From positions 610-64,609 of the forward strand of contig NVVJ01000011.1 in the NCBI GenBank assembly GCA_002402175.1: a stretch of 64,000 nt of DNA, read 5' to 3'. The notes under the pieces were generated by a model. It had not been told where the DNA came from and did no database searches. It was given only the letters and a program-made list of their open reading frames with translations. The translations under genes were made by a program, and so were the position numbers. Shown here one piece after another: positions 55,294-64,000 of the stretch. Origin of the DNA: SAR86 cluster bacterium (GTDB lineage Bacteria; Pseudomonadota; Gammaproteobacteria; Pseudomonadales; Pseudohongiellaceae). How positions within the stretch are numbered: the stretch's first letter is position 1; each line of letters starts with the position of its first letter.

Positions 55294-55869
55294 TTAAGAC
55301 TCCTTCTCTTCTGTATCTGCTGTGGGTATTGTCCCTCGAAAAGGAAACCGCATCGCAGTTAACAATGCACGACCTTCTTCATCGGTTCGTGCTGAAGTTG
55401 TAATAGTAATATCCATGCCACGAAGAGTGTCGATTTTATCGTAGTCAATTTCTGGAAAAATAATCTGTTCTGTTACGCCCATTGCAAAATTACCACGGCC
55501 ATCGAAAGACTTAGGGTTTAAGCCTCGGAAATCCCTGATTCTAGGAATAGCAATGCCTACAAGCCTGTCCAGAAAATCATACATACGCTCCCCACGTAAG
55601 GTTACTTTGCAGCCTATAGGCCAACCTTCTCTAACCTTAAACGCAGCAATTGATTTTCTTGCCTTAGTGATAACTACTTTCTGACCACTAATCTGAACGA
55701 GGTCATTCACAGCGTTATCAAGTATCTTTTTATCTACCAGCGCCTCACCAACACCCATATTCAAAACAACCTTAGTTATTTTGGGCACGCGCATAGGATT
55801 GTCATAACCGAATTTTTCGGTCAATGCGGGTATTACATCTTTCTTATAATATTCTTTAAGCTGAGCCAT
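55294..55869 (-). CDS. rplE: 50S ribosomal protein L5
   Basis: [22 protein letters not shown]. Start taken at the second ATG. Short acidic C-terminal tail [13 protein letters not shown]. Confidence 0.95.
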   Translation of the reverse strand: MAQLKEYYKKDVIPALTEKFGYDNPMRVPKITKVVLNMGVGEALVDKKILDNAVNDLVQISGQKVVITKARKSIAAFKVREGWPIGCKVTLRGERMYDFLDRLVGIAIPRIRDFRGLNPKSFDGRGNFAMGVTEQIIFPEIDYDKIDTLRGMDITITTSARTDEEGRALLTAMRFPFRGTIPTADTEEKES

Positions 55870-55889
55870 GTGTGGCAACCTACCAGTAA

Positions 55890-56204
55890 TTAATCTATTT
55901 CTTGTCCGTTTGACTTAAAGACACGCTTCTTAGCGCCATCTTCAGCCACCTGTATACCAACTCGATCTGCCCGATTGGTTTCAGGATTAAAAATAGCAAC
56001 ATTGGAAATACTCATTGCCGCTTCTTTCTCTACTATTCCGCCGGCCTGACCCGCATTTGGGTTAGCCTTAGTATGGCGCTTAACCATATTCACACCATGA
56101 ACAACCACTCTCTCACTTCCAACAAGACGAGAAATTGTTCCGCGTTTACCCTTGTCTTTTCCAGTGATCACTATCACTTCATCATCACATTTCAGTTTGC
56201 GCAT
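55890..56204 (-). CDS. rplX: 50S ribosomal protein L24
   Basis: [24 protein letters not shown]. Confidence 0.97.
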   Translation of the reverse strand: MRKLKCDDEVIVITGKDKGKRGTISRLVGSERVVVHGVNMVKRHTKANPNAGQAGGIVEKEAAMSISNVAIFNPETNRADRVGIQVAEDGAKKRVFKSNGQEID

Positions 56205-56238
56205 TTCTTGCCTCTACCTCTTTGTTCTCTTGTGACGC

Positions 56239-56607
56239 TTACAGTACTTCCGGCGCCAACGAAATAATTCGCATGAACTTCTCGGTTCGCAGCTCTCTGG
56301 TCACAGGACCAAACACGCGAGTTCCGATAGGTGCATCCTGGGCGTTCAGCAAAATAGCTGCATTGTCATCGAAGCGGATAACTGAACCGTCGCTACGACG
56401 AACACCTTTTTTAGTTCGTACTACCAATGCAGTCAGAACCTGGCCCTTCTTAACTTTTCCGCGAGGAATCGCTTCTTTAACGGTTATCTTAATCATGTCG
56501 CCAACACTCGCGTATCGACGATGAGAACCGCCTAACACCTTAATGCACATTACGCGCTTGGCGCCGCTATTATCTGCGACATCTAAATATGATTGCACTT
56601 GAATCAT
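56239..56607 (-). CDS. rplN: 50S ribosomal protein L14
   Basis: [28 protein letters not shown]. Confidence 0.97.
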   Translation of the reverse strand: MIQVQSYLDVADNSGAKRVMCIKVLGGSHRRYASVGDMIKITVKEAIPRGKVKKGQVLTALVVRTKKGVRRSDGSVIRFDDNAAILLNAQDAPIGTRVFGPVTRELRTEKFMRIISLAPEVL

Positions 56608-56661
56608 CGATTCACTCCATCAAGCAATTGCTGCGCAATTGCGCGATTCTTAAACTGGTTT

Positions 56662-56943
56662 TTAAACTCGAGTAGCTCGTCCGTCAATAGAAACCAAAGA
56701 CCAAGACTTGGTTTTTGATATTGGACGTACTTCTTTAATAGTTACTTTATCACCTGTCGAACACTCATTGTTTGCATCATGTGCATGTATTTTGGTAGAT
56801 CTTTTCATGATCTTTCCATAAACAGGATGCGTCACTCGTCGTTCTATTAACACAACAATGGACTTGTCCATCTTATTACTGATGACCTTACCGGAAACAG
56901 TACGAGCAGTTTGTTCTTGGTTTTCACTAGGAGACATATTCAT
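56662..56943 (-). CDS. rpsQ: 30S ribosomal protein S17
   Basis: [35 protein letters not shown] overlap with rpmC. Confidence 0.95.
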   Translation of the reverse strand: MNMSPSENQEQTARTVSGKVISNKMDKSIVVLIERRVTHPVYGKIMKRSTKIHAHDANNECSTGDKVTIKEVRPISKTKSWSLVSIDGRATRV

Positions 56944-57137
56944 GATCCAGTTTTCTGTTTTTCGGTAATAATTGTTTTTACACGGGCGATATTCTTCCTT
57001 ACCGCTCCGATCAAGTGAACCTGACCTAGCTGTCCGGTACCATTTTGCATGCGATAGTTAAACTGATCCTTGTATAGATCCTGCAATTGGCTTTGCAGCT
57101 CCTCTACTGATTTTTCTCTCAATTCATTCGCTTTCAT
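56940..57137 (-). CDS. rpmC: 50S ribosomal protein L29
   Basis: [18 protein letters not shown]. Confidence 0.97.
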   Translation of the reverse strand: MKANELREKSVEELQSQLQDLYKDQFNYRMQNGTGQLGQVHLIGAVRKNIARVKTIITEKQKTGS

Positions 57138-57550
57138 TACATCACCGTCCGTTTTACAAAAGCTGTATCAAACGGCAGTTTGGCAGACGCTAATGCGAAT
57201 GCTTCCCGTGCAACCGTTTCTTCTACACCTCCCATCTCAAACATAATTCGACCTGGTTGAATCTGAGCTACCCAGTATTCAACATTTCCCTTACCTTTAC
57301 CCTGCCTTACTTCCAGTGGCTTTTGTGTAATTGGCTTATCAGGAAATACTCGAATCCAAATTTTTCCACTACGTTTTACGTGTCTGGTCATGGCGCGACG
57401 AGCTGCTTCTATTTGCCTTGCTGTTAGACGGCCACGTGATAACGCTTTCAAACCATACTCACCAAAATCTACGTTACTGCCACGATGAGACAAACCGCGA
57501 TTACGGCCCTTCATCATTTTACGAAATTTTGTACGCTTTGGTTGTAACAC
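57137..57550 (-). CDS. rplP: 50S ribosomal protein L16
   Basis: [19 protein letters not shown]. Confidence 0.97.
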   Translation of the reverse strand: MLQPKRTKFRKMMKGRNRGLSHRGSNVDFGEYGLKALSRGRLTARQIEAARRAMTRHVKRSGKIWIRVFPDKPITQKPLEVRQGKGKGNVEYWVAQIQPGRIMFEMGGVEETVAREAFALASAKLPFDTAFVKRTVM

Positions 57551-57562
57551 GTCAGTAATCCT

Positions 57563-58231
57563 CTAGTTAGACTTGGTCTGTGAAGGCACTATCGCCTCGT
57601 CCAAATCCATAACCTCGCCCTTAAATATCCAAACTTTTACACCAATCAAGCCGTAGGTTGTGCTTGCTTCGCAAGTGCCGTAATCAATATCAGCTCTTAG
57701 TGTGTGCAATGGAACACGGCCTTCTCGATACCATTCTGACCTGGCAATCTCTGCACCGCCCAATCGTCCACCAACTTGCACCTTAATTCCTTCAGCTCCC
57801 TGACGCATTGCGTTCTGAACCGCTCGTTTCATTGCTCGCCGAAACATAACTCGGCGCTCTAACTGCGAAGCGACTCCATCGGCAACCAATTGAGCATCCA
57901 GATCAGGTTTACGAATTTCTTCAATGTTGATCTGTACTGGAATGCCCATCTTTTTGGCAAGCGTTCCACGCAGCTTTTCAACATCTTCACCTTTCTTGCC
58001 AATTACAATTCCAGGGCGTGCGGTGTAAATCGTGATTTTTGCTGTTTGTGCCGGTCGTTCAATCTCGACTCTTGATACGGACGCGCTCGCCAATCGTTTT
58101 TTAATAAAATCTCGCACTTGCAAATCAACCAGCAAATTCTCCGCATACGCTTTGCCTTCGGCGTACCATATGGAAGTGTGCTTCTTGACTATGCCAAGAC
58201 GAATTCCAGTTGGATGTACTTTTTGACCCAT
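57563..58231 (-). CDS. rpsC: 30S ribosomal protein S3
   Basis: [24 protein letters not shown]. Confidence 0.97.
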   Translation of the reverse strand: MGQKVHPTGIRLGIVKKHTSIWYAEGKAYAENLLVDLQVRDFIKKRLASASVSRVEIERPAQTAKITIYTARPGIVIGKKGEDVEKLRGTLAKKMGIPVQINIEEIRKPDLDAQLVADGVASQLERRVMFRRAMKRAVQNAMRQGAEGIKVQVGGRLGGAEIARSEWYREGRVPLHTLRADIDYGTCEASTTYGLIGVKVWIFKGEVMDLDEAIVPSQTKSN

Positions 58232-58240
58232 CTGATACCC

Positions 58241-58573
58241 CTAGCTGTCTGCAACTGTAATAGTAATATGACATGAACGTTTAAGTATGCGATCAGCGCG
58301 ACCTTTCGCTCTTGGCATAATGCGTTTCATTGTCGTTCCTTCATCAACACAAATCGTTGATACCTTCAATTCATCTACATCGGCGCCTTCATTGTGCTCT
58401 GCGTTAGCAATAGCTGAATTCAACACCTTCTTAATAATTGCCGCCGCTTTTTTAGGGCTGTACGACAATAGCAATAACGCTTCTTCGACTGCCTTACCGC
58501 GTATCTGATCGGCTACCAGTCTGGCTTTTTGAGCCGAAAGACGTGCACCACTTAATTTCGCTACAACTTCCAT
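58241..58573 (-). CDS. rplV: 50S ribosomal protein L22
   Basis: [22 protein letters not shown]. Confidence 0.97.
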   Translation of the reverse strand: MEVVAKLSGARLSAQKARLVADQIRGKAVEEALLLLSYSPKKAAAIIKKVLNSAIANAEHNEGADVDELKVSTICVDEGTTMKRIMPRAKGRADRILKRSCHITITVADS

Positions 58574-58586
58574 TTCAGACCCCTAA

Positions 58587-58859
58587 TTACCGTGCCTTCT
58601 TATCAGCAGAGTGACCGCGATAAGTACGTGTTGCAGAAAATTCACCGAGCTTATGGCCAACCATATCTTCATTAATGAAGACAGGAATGTGTTGCCGGCC
58701 ATTATGAACAGCAATAGTTAAGCCGATCATGTCCGGAGAAACCATCGAACGACGAGACCAGGTTTTGATAGGTCGTTTGTCATTAGTCTCACTGGCAGTC
58801 TGCACTTTCTTCATCAAATGAAGATCGATAAACGGGCCTTTTTTTAATGATCGTGGCAC
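58587..58859 (-). CDS. rpsS: 30S ribosomal protein S19
   Basis: [19 protein letters not shown]. Confidence 0.97.
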   Translation of the reverse strand: MPRSLKKGPFIDLHLMKKVQTASETNDKRPIKTWSRRSMVSPDMIGLTIAVHNGRQHIPVFINEDMVGHKLGEFSATRTYRGHSADKKAR

Positions 58860-58882
58860 TAGGGTAATCCTCTGCTCTTGCC

Positions 58883-59713
58883 TTATCGGCTTGAATTTCT
58901 ACGACGAACAATCATTTTATCTGTTCGCTTGTTAGATCTTGTTTTATAACCTTTAGTCGGTGTGCCCCATGGAGATACCGGGTGACGACCGCCTGATGTT
59001 CTTCCTTCACCACCACCATGTGGGTGATCTACTGGGTTCATCGCAACTCCGCGTACAGTTGGTCTAACACCTCTCCAACGCTTGGCACCGGCTTTGCCGA
59101 GTGATCTTAAAGAATGCTCCGAATTGGACACATCACCAAGAGTTGCTCGACAGTCGCTAAGTACTTTACGCATTTCGCCAGACCTTAATCTCAGCGTTGC
59201 GTAATTGCCTTCTCTGGCAACCAGCTGTATGGAAGTTCCTGCACTACGTGCAATTTGCGCACCTTTACCAGGCTTTAACTCGGCACAATGTACAGTGCTG
59301 CCTAGTGGAATATTTCTAAGTGGCAAGCAGTTACCAACCTTAATTGGCGCACTCTCACCTGACATTACTGTGTCACCGGCTTTTACTTTACCTGGCGCAA
59401 TAATATATCTGCGCTCACCATCGGCGTATAACAACAGGGCAATATTTGCTGACCTGTTGGGATCATATTCCAGGCGCTCAACTTTGGCTTCAACGCCATC
59501 TTTGTTGCGCTTAAAATCGATGATGCGATATTTCTGTTTGTGACCACCACCAATATGACGTGTAGTGATGCGACCTTTGTTGTTTCTGCCGCCTGTTTTT
59601 GGCTTGGGGGCAGTTAAAGGCGCATATGGTGCACCTTTGTGTAAATCTGGGTGTACTACCTTAACGACAAAACGGCGTCCAGGTGAGGTAGGTTTACATT
59701 TTACGACTGGCAT
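58883..59713 (-). CDS. rplB: 50S ribosomal protein L2
   Basis: [15 protein letters not shown]...HPHGGGEGR. Confidence 0.97.
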   Translation of the reverse strand: MPVVKCKPTSPGRRFVVKVVHPDLHKGAPYAPLTAPKPKTGGRNNKGRITTRHIGGGHKQKYRIIDFKRNKDGVEAKVERLEYDPNRSANIALLLYADGERRYIIAPGKVKAGDTVMSGESAPIKVGNCLPLRNIPLGSTVHCAELKPGKGAQIARSAGTSIQLVAREGNYATLRLRSGEMRKVLSDCRATLGDVSNSEHSLRSLGKAGAKRWRGVRPTVRGVAMNPVDHPHGGGEGRTSGGRHPVSPWGTPTKGYKTRSNKRTDKMIVRRRNSSR

Positions 59714-59725
59714 GATTTACCCCTG

Positions 59726-60025
59726 TTACCCTATATCCGCGAAATCGATTTCATGACCTGCTTCGAGTCTGACATAGGCTTTCTTCCAATTTGAACGACG
59801 TCTGATCTTTCCTTTTGACGTTCGCTTGGTTTTGCCTTTTACATTCAGCACTTGCAAATCTGCAACCACGACTTTAAATATCGTTTCGACAGCTTGTTTG
59901 ATTTCAGCCTTGGTGGAATCGGTAGCAACCTTAAACGCATATTGGTTGTTAGCCTCACCTAGCATTGTTGTTTTCTCAGAAACATGTGGTCCAAGAATTA
60001 CCGTGTAGATTCGCTCGAGGTTCAT
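59726..60025 (-). CDS. rplW: 50S ribosomal protein L23
   Basis: [17 protein letters not shown]. Overlaps the rplD stop by 4 nt. Confidence 0.97.
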   Translation of the reverse strand: MNLERIYTVILGPHVSEKTTMLGEANNQYAFKVATDSTKAEIKQAVETIFKVVVADLQVLNVKGKTKRTSKGKIRRRSNWKKAYVRLEAGHEIDFADIG

Positions 60026-60642
60026 GACAACATCTCCTCTACTTTTTTAAGTGCGGAGACTGTAATAATGACATTATCAAATCCGATCAAACTAACTGGA
60101 TCAATACCTGCCACATCCAGCACATCAACCTTGTGCAGATTCCTGGCAGCCAGATACAGGTTTTTTTCTACTTGATCGGAAATAATGAGGACGTTATCTA
60201 ATTCAAATTCTTTTAATTTATTGACCAAATCTTTAGTCTTATGCGAGCCAAGCTCAAACTCGTTTACCGCGAAAAGTCTATCCTGGCGAATGAGTTCTGA
60301 CAGGATGCAGCTTAATGCGCCACGATACATTTTCTTATTGAGTTTCTTGCTGTGATCCTGAGGTCTAGCAGCAAATGTAATACCACCACCGCGCCAGATA
60401 GGACTTCTGATAGTTCCTGAGCGTGCCCGACCAGTGCCTTTTTGGCGCCATGGTTTACGACCGCCACCACGAACTTCTGAACGAGTCTTTTGCTTTACCG
60501 AACCCTGTCTGGCACCTGCCAGATAAGTTACTACACTCTGATGTACTAGAGGCTCGTTATATGCTCTGCCAAAAGATGCATCTGACAGTGAAATTTTTTC
60601 TTTGCCCGTTTTCTTGCCGGGCAGTGCAAGGCTTAATTCCAT
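60022..60642 (-). CDS. rplD: 50S ribosomal protein L4
   Basis: [29 protein letters not shown]. Confidence 0.97.
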   Translation of the reverse strand: MELSLALPGKKTGKEKISLSDASFGRAYNEPLVHQSVVTYLAGARQGSVKQKTRSEVRGGGRKPWRQKGTGRARSGTIRSPIWRGGGITFAARPQDHSKKLNKKMYRGALSCILSELIRQDRLFAVNEFELGSHKTKDLVNKLKEFELDNVLIISDQVEKNLYLAARNLHKVDVLDVAGIDPVSLIGFDNVIITVSALKKVEEMLS

Positions 60643-60645
60643 TAC

Positions 60646-61290
60646 CTACCCCTTAATCTTTATTGCTGGACGGACGATTACATTTGAACCTGTGGCACCT
60701 GGAACCGCGCCCTTAATAAGAAGAAGGTTGTTCTCCAGGTCAATTTTTATCACTTCCAGGCTTTGGGTAGTTTGTCTTTCATTTCCCATTTGACCTGCCA
60801 TTTTCTTGCCTTTCCATACTCTACCTGGAGTCTGGCATTGGCCGATCGAACCAAGCGCACGGTGAGAAAGAGAGTTACCGTGTGTAGCGTCCTGCATTTG
60901 GAAATTGTGCCGCTTAACGCCACCTTGAAAACCTTTACCTTTTGAGGTGCCGGTTACATCGACTTTTTGGCCGACTTCAAACAGGTCTACCTTAATTTCA
61001 CTTCCGGTTGTGATCTCTGCCATATCACATCCTTCTGTACGAAATTCCCATAGCCCAGTACCAGCTTCGGTGCTGGCCTTGGCATAATGCCCCGCCATCG
61101 CTTTAGTGACGCGCGATGCACGACGTGCTCCGGTAGTAACCTGAATAGCACTGTAGCCATCTGTTTCTGGAGTCTTAATCTGCGTGACTCGATTTGGTTG
61201 TACTTCTACAACCGTAACAGGAACGGACGCACCGTCTTCAGTGAAAACGCGAGTCATCCCGCTCTTTCGACCGACTAAACCTATCGACAT
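60646..61290 (-). CDS. rplC: 50S ribosomal protein L3
   Basis: [23 protein letters not shown] 61290 preferred to the track start 61305. Confidence 0.96.
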   Translation of the reverse strand: MSIGLVGRKSGMTRVFTEDGASVPVTVVEVQPNRVTQIKTPETDGYSAIQVTTGARRASRVTKAMAGHYAKASTEAGTGLWEFRTEGCDMAEITTGSEIKVDLFEVGQKVDVTGTSKGKGFQGGVKRHNFQMQDATHGNSLSHRALGSIGQCQTPGRVWKGKKMAGQMGNERQTTQSLEVIKIDLENNLLLIKGAVPGATGSNVIVRPAIKIKG

Positions 61291-61469
61291 TTTATTAAAC
61301 CTCACCGTGCAAGGGACTAAAACCCGCTATGGTCGCTGACGCGTTACACTATGTTTGCCACCGCTAATGGGTAGCAGAAATATCAGTGCGCCAGAACTTT
61401 ATTATTAAAGGGCAAAGAGGACTGAACTCTCATTGCCTGGTTATTTTGTATAACTTAGTAGGTTATTAA

Positions 61470-61781
61470 CTAACCCAAACTAATCTGTACTTCCACACCC
61501 GCCGCTAGATCTAGCTTCATCAAAGCATCAACTGTTTTCTCAGTTGGCTCGACAATGTCCAGTAACCGCTTATGGGTACGAATTTCATATTGATCTCTAG
61601 CATCTTTATTTACATGCGGAGAAATCAGTATGGTAAATCTTTCTTTATTTGTTGGCAGCGGGATAGGTCCTCGAACCTGAGCCCCGGTACGCCGAGCAGT
61701 ATCTACTATTTCCTGAGTCGATTGATCAATCAAACGATGGTCGAAGGCTTTGAGCCGGATTCTTATTCGCTGACTTTGCAT
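61470..61781 (-). CDS. rpsJ: 30S ribosomal protein S10
   Basis: [21 protein letters not shown]. Confidence 0.97.
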   Translation of the reverse strand: MQSQRIRIRLKAFDHRLIDQSTQEIVDTARRTGAQVRGPIPLPTNKERFTILISPHVNKDARDQYEIRTHKRLLDIVEPTEKTVDALMKLDLAAGVEVQISLG

Positions 61782-62026
61782 CTAACTCAAACTCCAAAAA
61801 AGACTTATAAATTAATTAGTTACTGCTACTTTTCTTGGCGCCAATACATTAAACGTCAAAAAGGGATGCGAATCTTAAGGTTTTGACCTCATAGTGTCAA
61901 GAAATAACCGCCCGAAAGCCGCTTTTTCTCTGACTTCCCGCCTTTTTGCCCGATGTTCATCCGAAAACTCAAAAGTGCCGCCATCCAGTGCTTAACGGAG
62001 TTTTATACGCCCCTCAAAAATCGCGT

Positions 62027-62084
62027 TTAAAACCATGCCCTTGCGGGCATATAACAAAGCCAGCACATCCTTTGATGCACTGGC
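62027..62084 (-). terminator. Two tandem hairpins downstream of tuf (terminator/attenuator before the S10 leader)
   Basis: Minus-strand GCCAGUGCAU-caaag-GAUGUGCUGGC (two G-U pairs, so strand specific) followed by UUUGUU. Then AUGCCC-gcaa-GGGCAU followed by GGUUUUA. Confidence 0.45.
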
Positions 62085-62105
62085 TTCATAATGTAAGCAG
62101 GCTGC

Positions 62106-63299
62106 TTATTCGATAATTTTAGCGACCACGCCCGCGCCTACTGTACGACCACCTTCTCGTATCGCAAACCGCAGACCTTCATCCATCGCTATCGGCGCCA
62201 ACAGCGTCACTACCATCTTAACGTTATCACCAGGCATAACCATTTCTATGCCCTCAGGTAATACACAAGATCCAGTCACGTCTGTGGTGCGGAAGTAAAA
62301 CTGTGGACGATAGCCCTTGAAAAATGGCGTATGACGGCCACCTTCATCTTTGCTCAAGATATACACTTCAGCTTCAAACTGCGTATGAGGCGTAATTGAA
62401 CCCACCGCCGCCAATACTTGACCGCGCTCTACGTCTTCACGCTTGGTTCCGCGAAGCAGAACACCTACGTTCTCTCCAGCTCGGCCTTCATCCAACAGCT
62501 TACGGAACATCTCAACACCCGTACATACTGTCTTCTCTGTGTCCTTGATGCCAACTATCTCTATTTCTTCGCCAACTTTTACAATGCCACGCTCTATACG
62601 ACCAGTCACTACCGTGCCACGGCCTGAAATTGAGAACACATCCTCAATTGGGAGCAAAAAGGGCTTTTCAATATCACGCGTTGGATCAGGAATATAGCTG
62701 TCCAACGTCTCAACCAACTTCTGTACTGAAGGCATGCCTATCTCGGAAGTATCACCTTCAAGGGCTTTAAGCGCAGAACCTATGATGATTGGTGTGTCGT
62801 CGCCTGGAAATTCGTACTGGTCCAGAAGCTCACGTATTTCCATTTCAACCAACTCAAGCAACTCATCGTCGTCAACCATGTCGGCTTTGTTCATGAAGAT
62901 AACAATGTAAGGTATACCTACCTGACGGGATAAAATAATGTGCTCGCGTGTTTGCGGCATCGGGCCATCGGCAGCCGATACAACCAGGATAGCGCCGTCC
63001 ATCTGCGCCGCGCCGGTAATCATGTTCTTCACGTAATCCGCGTGACCAGGACAGTCAACGTGGGCATAGTGACGATTGGCCGAATCGTATTCAACGTGTG
63101 ACGTCGAAATGGTAATACCGCGCTCTCTTTCTTCTGGCGCATTGTCTATCTGATCAAACGCCGAAATCTCTCCACCGCCATAAAGCTCCGAACATACTCG
63201 GGTCAATGCCGCTGTTAACGTTGTCTTACCATGGTCAACGTGTCCTATCGTGCCTACGTTTACATGTAGTTTATTTCGTTCGAATTTTTCCTTCGCCAT
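62106..63299 (-). CDS. tuf: Elongation factor Tu
   Basis: [32 protein letters not shown]..., 397 aa. Confidence 0.98.
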   Translation of the reverse strand: MAKEKFERNKLHVNVGTIGHVDHGKTTLTAALTRVCSELYGGGEISAFDQIDNAPEERERGITISTSHVEYDSANRHYAHVDCPGHADYVKNMITGAAQMDGAILVVSAADGPMPQTREHIILSRQVGIPYIVIFMNKADMVDDDELLELVEMEIRELLDQYEFPGDDTPIIIGSALKALEGDTSEIGMPSVQKLVETLDSYIPDPTRDIEKPFLLPIEDVFSISGRGTVVTGRIERGIVKVGEEIEIVGIKDTEKTVCTGVEMFRKLLDEGRAGENVGVLLRGTKREDVERGQVLAAVGSITPHTQFEAEVYILSKDEGGRHTPFFKGYRPQFYFRTTDVTGSCVLPEGIEMVMPGDNVKMVVTLLAPIAMDEGLRFAIREGGRTVGAGVVAKIIE

Positions 63300-63392
63300 T
63301 TTCGACTGCCCCTATCTTCTCGATGCTTTGATCAATTAAATTCAGACTCATATAATCTCTATATAGAGAAGAACGAATCGTTCCTTTGTTCT

Positions 63393-63468
63393 TGGTGCTC
63401 ACACCCGGAGTTGAACCGGGGACCTCTTCATTACCAATGAAGTGCTCTACCGCCTGAGCTATGCGAGC
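63393..63468 (-). tRNA. tRNA-Thr (anticodon GGT)
   Basis: Reverse complement GCTCGCATAGCTCAGGCGGTAGAGCACTTCATTGGTAATGAAGAGGTCCCCGGTTCAACTCCGGGTGTGAGCACCA folds as a cloverleaf. Anticodon loop TTGGTAA. Encoded CCA. Confidence 0.9.
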
Positions 63469-63550
63469 TACACACTAGTAATTTAGCCCTTATCAAGCTA
63501 CTCAGGTAGCCTGTTTTCTACTCCGATTGCTATGTTAATGTAGCAAAAGT

Positions 63551-63624
63551 TGGAGCGGGTAGCGGGGATCGAACCCGCGCAACCAGCTTGGAAGGCTGGG
63601 GTTCTACCGCTGAACTATACCCGC
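63551..63624 (-). tRNA. tRNA-Gly (anticodon TCC)
   Basis: Reverse complement GCGGGTATAGTTCAGCGGTAGAACCCCAGCCTTCCAAGCTGGTTGCGCGGGTTCGATCCCCGCTACCCGCTCCA. Anticodon loop CTTCCAA. Confidence 0.9.
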
Positions 63625-63659
63625 CTGTAAAACTATTCCTCCAAAACCTGCAATATATA

Positions 63660-63743
63660 TGGTGGAGGGGGGTGGATTTGAACCACCGAAGCTTGCGCGT
63701 CAGATTTACAGTCTGATCCCTTTGGCCACTCGGGAACCCCTCC
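63660..63743 (-). tRNA. tRNA-Tyr (anticodon GTA, long variable arm)
   Basis: Reverse complement GGAGGGGTTCCCGAGTGGCCAAAGGGATCAGACTGTAAATCTGACGCGCAAGCTTCGGTGGTTCAAATCCACCCCCCTCCACCA. Confidence 0.9.
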
Positions 63744-63797
63744 CACGAGATCTAACAAGGGTCAAAAGCCCTGGCACTCTCACTCAGGAGCGGCATT

Positions 63798-64000
63798 TTA
63801 TGGGAATTGAGTCCCTTGTGCAATCGTTTCGCAGAGATTTTCTGTATGAGTTAAATACGACCTACCTGCCGCCAGCTCTAACCATATAGCGTTTTCGATT
63901 TGTTTGGCCTCTGAAGCCTGGAGCTCTACCCGAATGTTGCCTGTTGATTGGGGGATTTCATCGACTATTGCGCGATAACCGAGCGCTACCACCTGGTCTC
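63798..64000 (-). CDS. C-terminal fragment of an unidentified CDS running in from beyond the window end
   Basis: Open minus-strand frame to the window edge (...VALGYRAIVDEIPQSTGNIRVELQASEAKQIENAIWLELAAGRSYL...), stopping 54 nt before tRNA-Tyr. No recognisable motif. Confidence 0.3.
   Translation of the reverse strand, partial: DQVVALGYRAIVDEIPQSTGNIRVELQASEAKQIENAIWLELAAGRSYLTHTENLCETIAQGTQFP

Noticed and set aside
63355-63368. Perfect 14-bp palindrome TCTCTATATAGAGA between tRNA-Thr and tuf
   Set aside because: It is AT-rich and sits where tRNA-tuf co-transcripts are processed. It is probably a processing hairpin or promoter-like AT tract, and I have no basis for a more specific claim.
63393-63743. 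tRNA cluster as a possible integration hotspot or genomic island boundary
   Set aside because: No integrase, direct repeat of a tRNA 3' end, or foreign-looking genes adjoin the tRNAs. This is the standard tRNA-tuf housekeeping context.
1-64000. Scan for CRISPR arrays, IS elements, phage or defence genes, toxin-antitoxin pairs
   Set aside because: No regularly spaced repeats, transposase or integrase motifs, or recognisable defence-system domains were seen in any ORF or intergenic region.

Overview
Chromosomal window that looks gammaproteobacterial, probably marine. That is inferred from gene content and EF-Tu/ribosomal protein sequences; no composition statistics were computed. I found no rRNA, CRISPR array, transposase, integrase or phage genes.

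Layout, left to right:
- 1-7.2 kb: partial MFS symporter, small membrane protein, exported SAM-methyltransferase, SorAB-type sulfite dehydrogenase, SRPBCC protein, and an MBOAT O-acyltransferase with a putative SGNH/DltD-like partner.
- 7.2-25.2 kb: glycerol utilisation genes (glpD, two ABC ATPases, two permeases, DUF2160, a large SBP, divergent glpK). The transporter is split by a ~7.3 kb block carrying NhaC, an OmpR-type two-component system, a spondin-N protein and a TolB-propeller/CehA-type metallohydrolase fusion.
- 25.3-26.4 kb: histidine phosphatase plus a signal peptidase II-like gene.
- 26.5-41.8 kb: the most interesting part. Thirteen co-directional genes form a type IV filament (MSH/T2SS-like) locus with non-canonical order. 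It encodes an ExeA-like AAA+ protein with a SPOR-like tail, an MshL-type secretin, a GspB-N-terminus/TPR protein, an MshEN-bearing ATPase, a GspF platform, PilMN/PilO/PilP-position proteins, and three GspG-motif (pseudo)pilins. A two-component system is embedded among the pilin genes.
- 42-47.7 kb: GST, a DapA-family lyase, an orphan 830-aa GspE-family ATPase with four tandem MshEN-like motifs, and a class V aminotransferase.
- 47.8-63.7 kb: the complete S10-spc-alpha ribosomal protein superoperon, including rpmJ and rpmD (missing from the ORF track). It is preceded directly by tuf and tRNA-Tyr/Gly/Thr.

All functional calls come from reading the translations by eye. No database search was possible.
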